DNA of 64,000 bases. Origin: Vicugna vicugna. Lineage: Eukaryota. The notes under the pieces are model-generated. The model saw only the letters and a list, made by a program, of their open reading frames with translations. It searched no databases and had not been told where the DNA came from. This document shows positions 61,395-64,000 of the stretch, piece by piece (positions within the stretch are counted from its first letter, which is position 1; every line of letters starts with the position of its first letter). Position numbers and translations under genes: made by a program. The stretch lies in assembly GCA_013265495.1 (NCBI GenBank), contig MU058451.1, positions 2,599,305-2,663,304 of the forward strand, given 5' to 3'.

Positions 61395-64000
61395 AAAAAA
61401 AATCAATGACAACTGCTTTATTATTAAAAGTTACTGAATTCCATAGAGCACACAATGTAATTCATATTCAACTAACAAAAGTTTGATACATGTATTTAAA
61501 AATATATAATATAGATTTATCTGTCAACATTTATATACTATTTAAAAAGCAGTAGCTTTACACATTTTACAACTTGATTTTATAAAATATATACATCCAC
61601 CCTATGCAAATCTTCAAGCAAATCTTCAAGCATGAGCTTCCATTCCTATTAATAAAATGCACAATCTGTATTTCCAAATATTGAGAGAAAAATGGTACCA
61701 ACTAAAAATAACAAATCCATTGTGACTTCAACATGCATCTAATTCTTGGCTACTAGATAACTGACCTAATTATCTATTCAAATAATTATTTTACCTTGAG
61801 ACTGACAACTAAATTGTATTATGTATTATGTGAACAACCTGTAGTTAACTATGAAGAGGCTTGCATTCTGACACAATCTATGAAATTCCTTATTCGTCAT
61901 CAGGGTTTTAAATTAGAGAGGCAGGATTTCTCAATTATCTGCTGTACCAGGAAATCGGACAGGTGAAGTCACACCTAACAAGCCAAAGCCGGTGAGCTTT
62001 GAAACCATGCCTTTTTGCCTTTGAGGGGCAAACTTTTTTCAAAACACTGACAGTGTATGTGCCAAGAAATAGAACAAGAACAGTGTCTCCTTTCCCCAGT
62101 CGACTGCACTCAACTTGCAAAATTCTAGTTCTCTAAGTATATGAAAGATACATTGGCTTCTATTCAGACTTTTCTTCCACATATTCAAAATGGCTTTCAG
62201 ATATTACACTGTTGTAGTAACGGAAAATTTTCATAAAAAAAGATTCTCATGTAATAATGTTGGAGATTCATCCCCAATTATAAGTCCCAATACTAACACC
62301 TGAAAATTAAAATCACAATAAACACCTCAATTAGCAGGACCACAGTCAAAAGCAGAACTTCAACTTGAAGACAGAGATCTAAGTCTGAAGTACATGTCTA
62401 GATTTCATGGGCCTCTACTGATAATGATGCACATCACCCTGACTTTAAATTAATGCACAATTTATGCTGAGAAAGCAGAAGTCTCCCACAAATTATTATT
62501 AAAAAAAAATAGTTCCAAATCTCAAACTAGCTTAGAAACTTACATGGAAAAAAAAAAAAACAAACAAAAAACTCCACTTTCACCAAAACAAGTAATTGAA
62601 TTCATTTGGGCAATAATTAGGCTTGGGAGAGTCACAGAAGTAACAAAAGGCCTAAAAGTAAACAAAATCCTCTCAATATCAGTATTTTAAGAACTAAATT
62701 ACAGCTAACAACAGCTTATTTATCAAGTAGTCAATTATTCAACAAATTTAGCCATTTACTGATGGACTAAATTAGGTATCAGAAATTCTTTATTTGTAGG
62801 ATGGAATCTTTTTATTTAAAAAATTTTTCTGACATAATTTTAATAATCCTTCTCTGGATTCCCTAAACTCAAGAAAGAGAAAGGGATGGGAAAGGGAAGA
62901 AAGGGAAGAGGGGAGAAAAACCCGTGAGTCAGAAGATTGACACACTGGGTATCTGTGAGGAGACAGGAAGGAAGAAAAATAAGGGAGAGAAAAAAACAAA
63001 AACAAACAAAAGACTGCAAAGAGGATTAGGGCCAGTTGGCACAGATTAAAAGACACCTTCCTCACAGATCTTAATCAAGCAAAGGCATTAGCGTAACAGA
63101 ACAGTGCTGTAGCTGATTCTGACAGCAATGACTCCTCAGATCTTTTTGAAAATCAACTTATATACACAATTAGAAATCTTAAGTATTTAGCTAAAATATG
63201 TACCAAAAAAACTAAATAAAAGTGAGATCAAGAAATATAAGCAGCAAAGTAACCATAAAGGCTTAGAACTAGTGACACTGAATTCTTTATTTAAAAAAAA
63301 AATTTTTAAACACACAGGACCTCCTCTTCTATTTTTAGGAAGAAGCTTTAACAAGTTTTAAATATCTCAATTCTCAAAAACAATAGGCTTTTAAAAAAAT
63401 AAGACTTGATTACCAAAAACAAGTAATATGTGGTTACATACCATTTTCGTATCATTACTCATATCCATTATTTGTCAATTCACTTGATGCAATCTGGGAA
63501 CAATTAAGCAGTCACTAGATATCTGTTTTAGAATCTGAAGAAGTTATTATCCACCATGGGAATCTAATGACATATATTTTTGCAAATAGTTAAAGTTTCA
63601 GAAGGGAAAAATAATAAACTATCCTAGTTACTTTATACCAAAAATTTAATTTATATACCTAGTCAAAACAATAAGAATTAAGATCTTTCTCCAGATGAAC
63701 TGTATATAAAAGCTATTTTTACCATTTTCTTCTGGGGATTTAAAAAAGCCTCATTTCCCTGCTAGCTAAAAAGGAGGAATTTGTACATTACAAGTAAGTC
63801 CCTTTAGAGATGAATATTAAATTCCTTAAGATCTTAACAGCCATAAAATTTATTTTTAAAAATTTACCTTAAAAAAACTGAAAACCATTTCTCTCTTTAA
63901 AATCTATGGCATTAATTACTACTTGACATAATTTTTTTTTGAAAGGGCAGCAAGTTCATGATCTAATAAGCATGCAAAATAAGGAACTGAATGTATCGCT
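61395..64000 (-). other. UBE2W: Probable distal 3' UTR of the upstream neighbour gene (likely UBE2W)
   Basis: AT-rich, no recognisable interspersed repeat. Minus-strand AATAAA at 61417-61422 followed by a U-rich tract, another at 63286-63291. The gene name rests only on recalled mammalian UBE2W-STAU2 synteny; no coding exon is in the window. Confidence 0.55.
61417..61422 (-). terminator. Candidate polyadenylation signal AATAAA
   Basis: Plus-strand tttatt; downstream on the minus strand is gcagttgtcattgatttttttttcc (GU/U-rich); TGTA motifs lie upstream. Confidence 0.55.

Overview
Mammalian genomic DNA, most likely a camelid (alpaca or camel), judged from 11 copies of a tRNA-Ala-like SINE resembling camelid Vic-1. 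The left half is the 5' end of STAU2 (Staufen 2) on the minus strand. It has a CpG-island promoter at ~31.9-33.2 kb containing an assembly gap, two candidate first exons, an 82-nt 5' exon, the 66-nt MLQINQ exon and the 131-nt MANPKEK exon; the gene continues beyond base 1. The middle and right are repeat-dense intergenic DNA (L1, L2, MIR, MLT1, MER21, ERV1 solo LTRs, hAT and Tigger elements). The last ~2.6 kb look like the distal 3' UTR of a minus-strand neighbour, probably UBE2W by recalled synteny. Two observations stand out. First, a splicing-dependent set of overlapping upstream ORFs crosses the STAU2 leader exons, including an open 59-codon ORF over three exons and an in-frame 18-aa N-terminal extension. 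Second, a decayed Mutator/MULE transposon with long TIRs and readable DDE motifs is nested in a MER21-like LTR. Repeat family names and cross-species comparisons are from memory, not database searches, and most repeat boundaries are approximate. No clearly new multi-gene system is evident.
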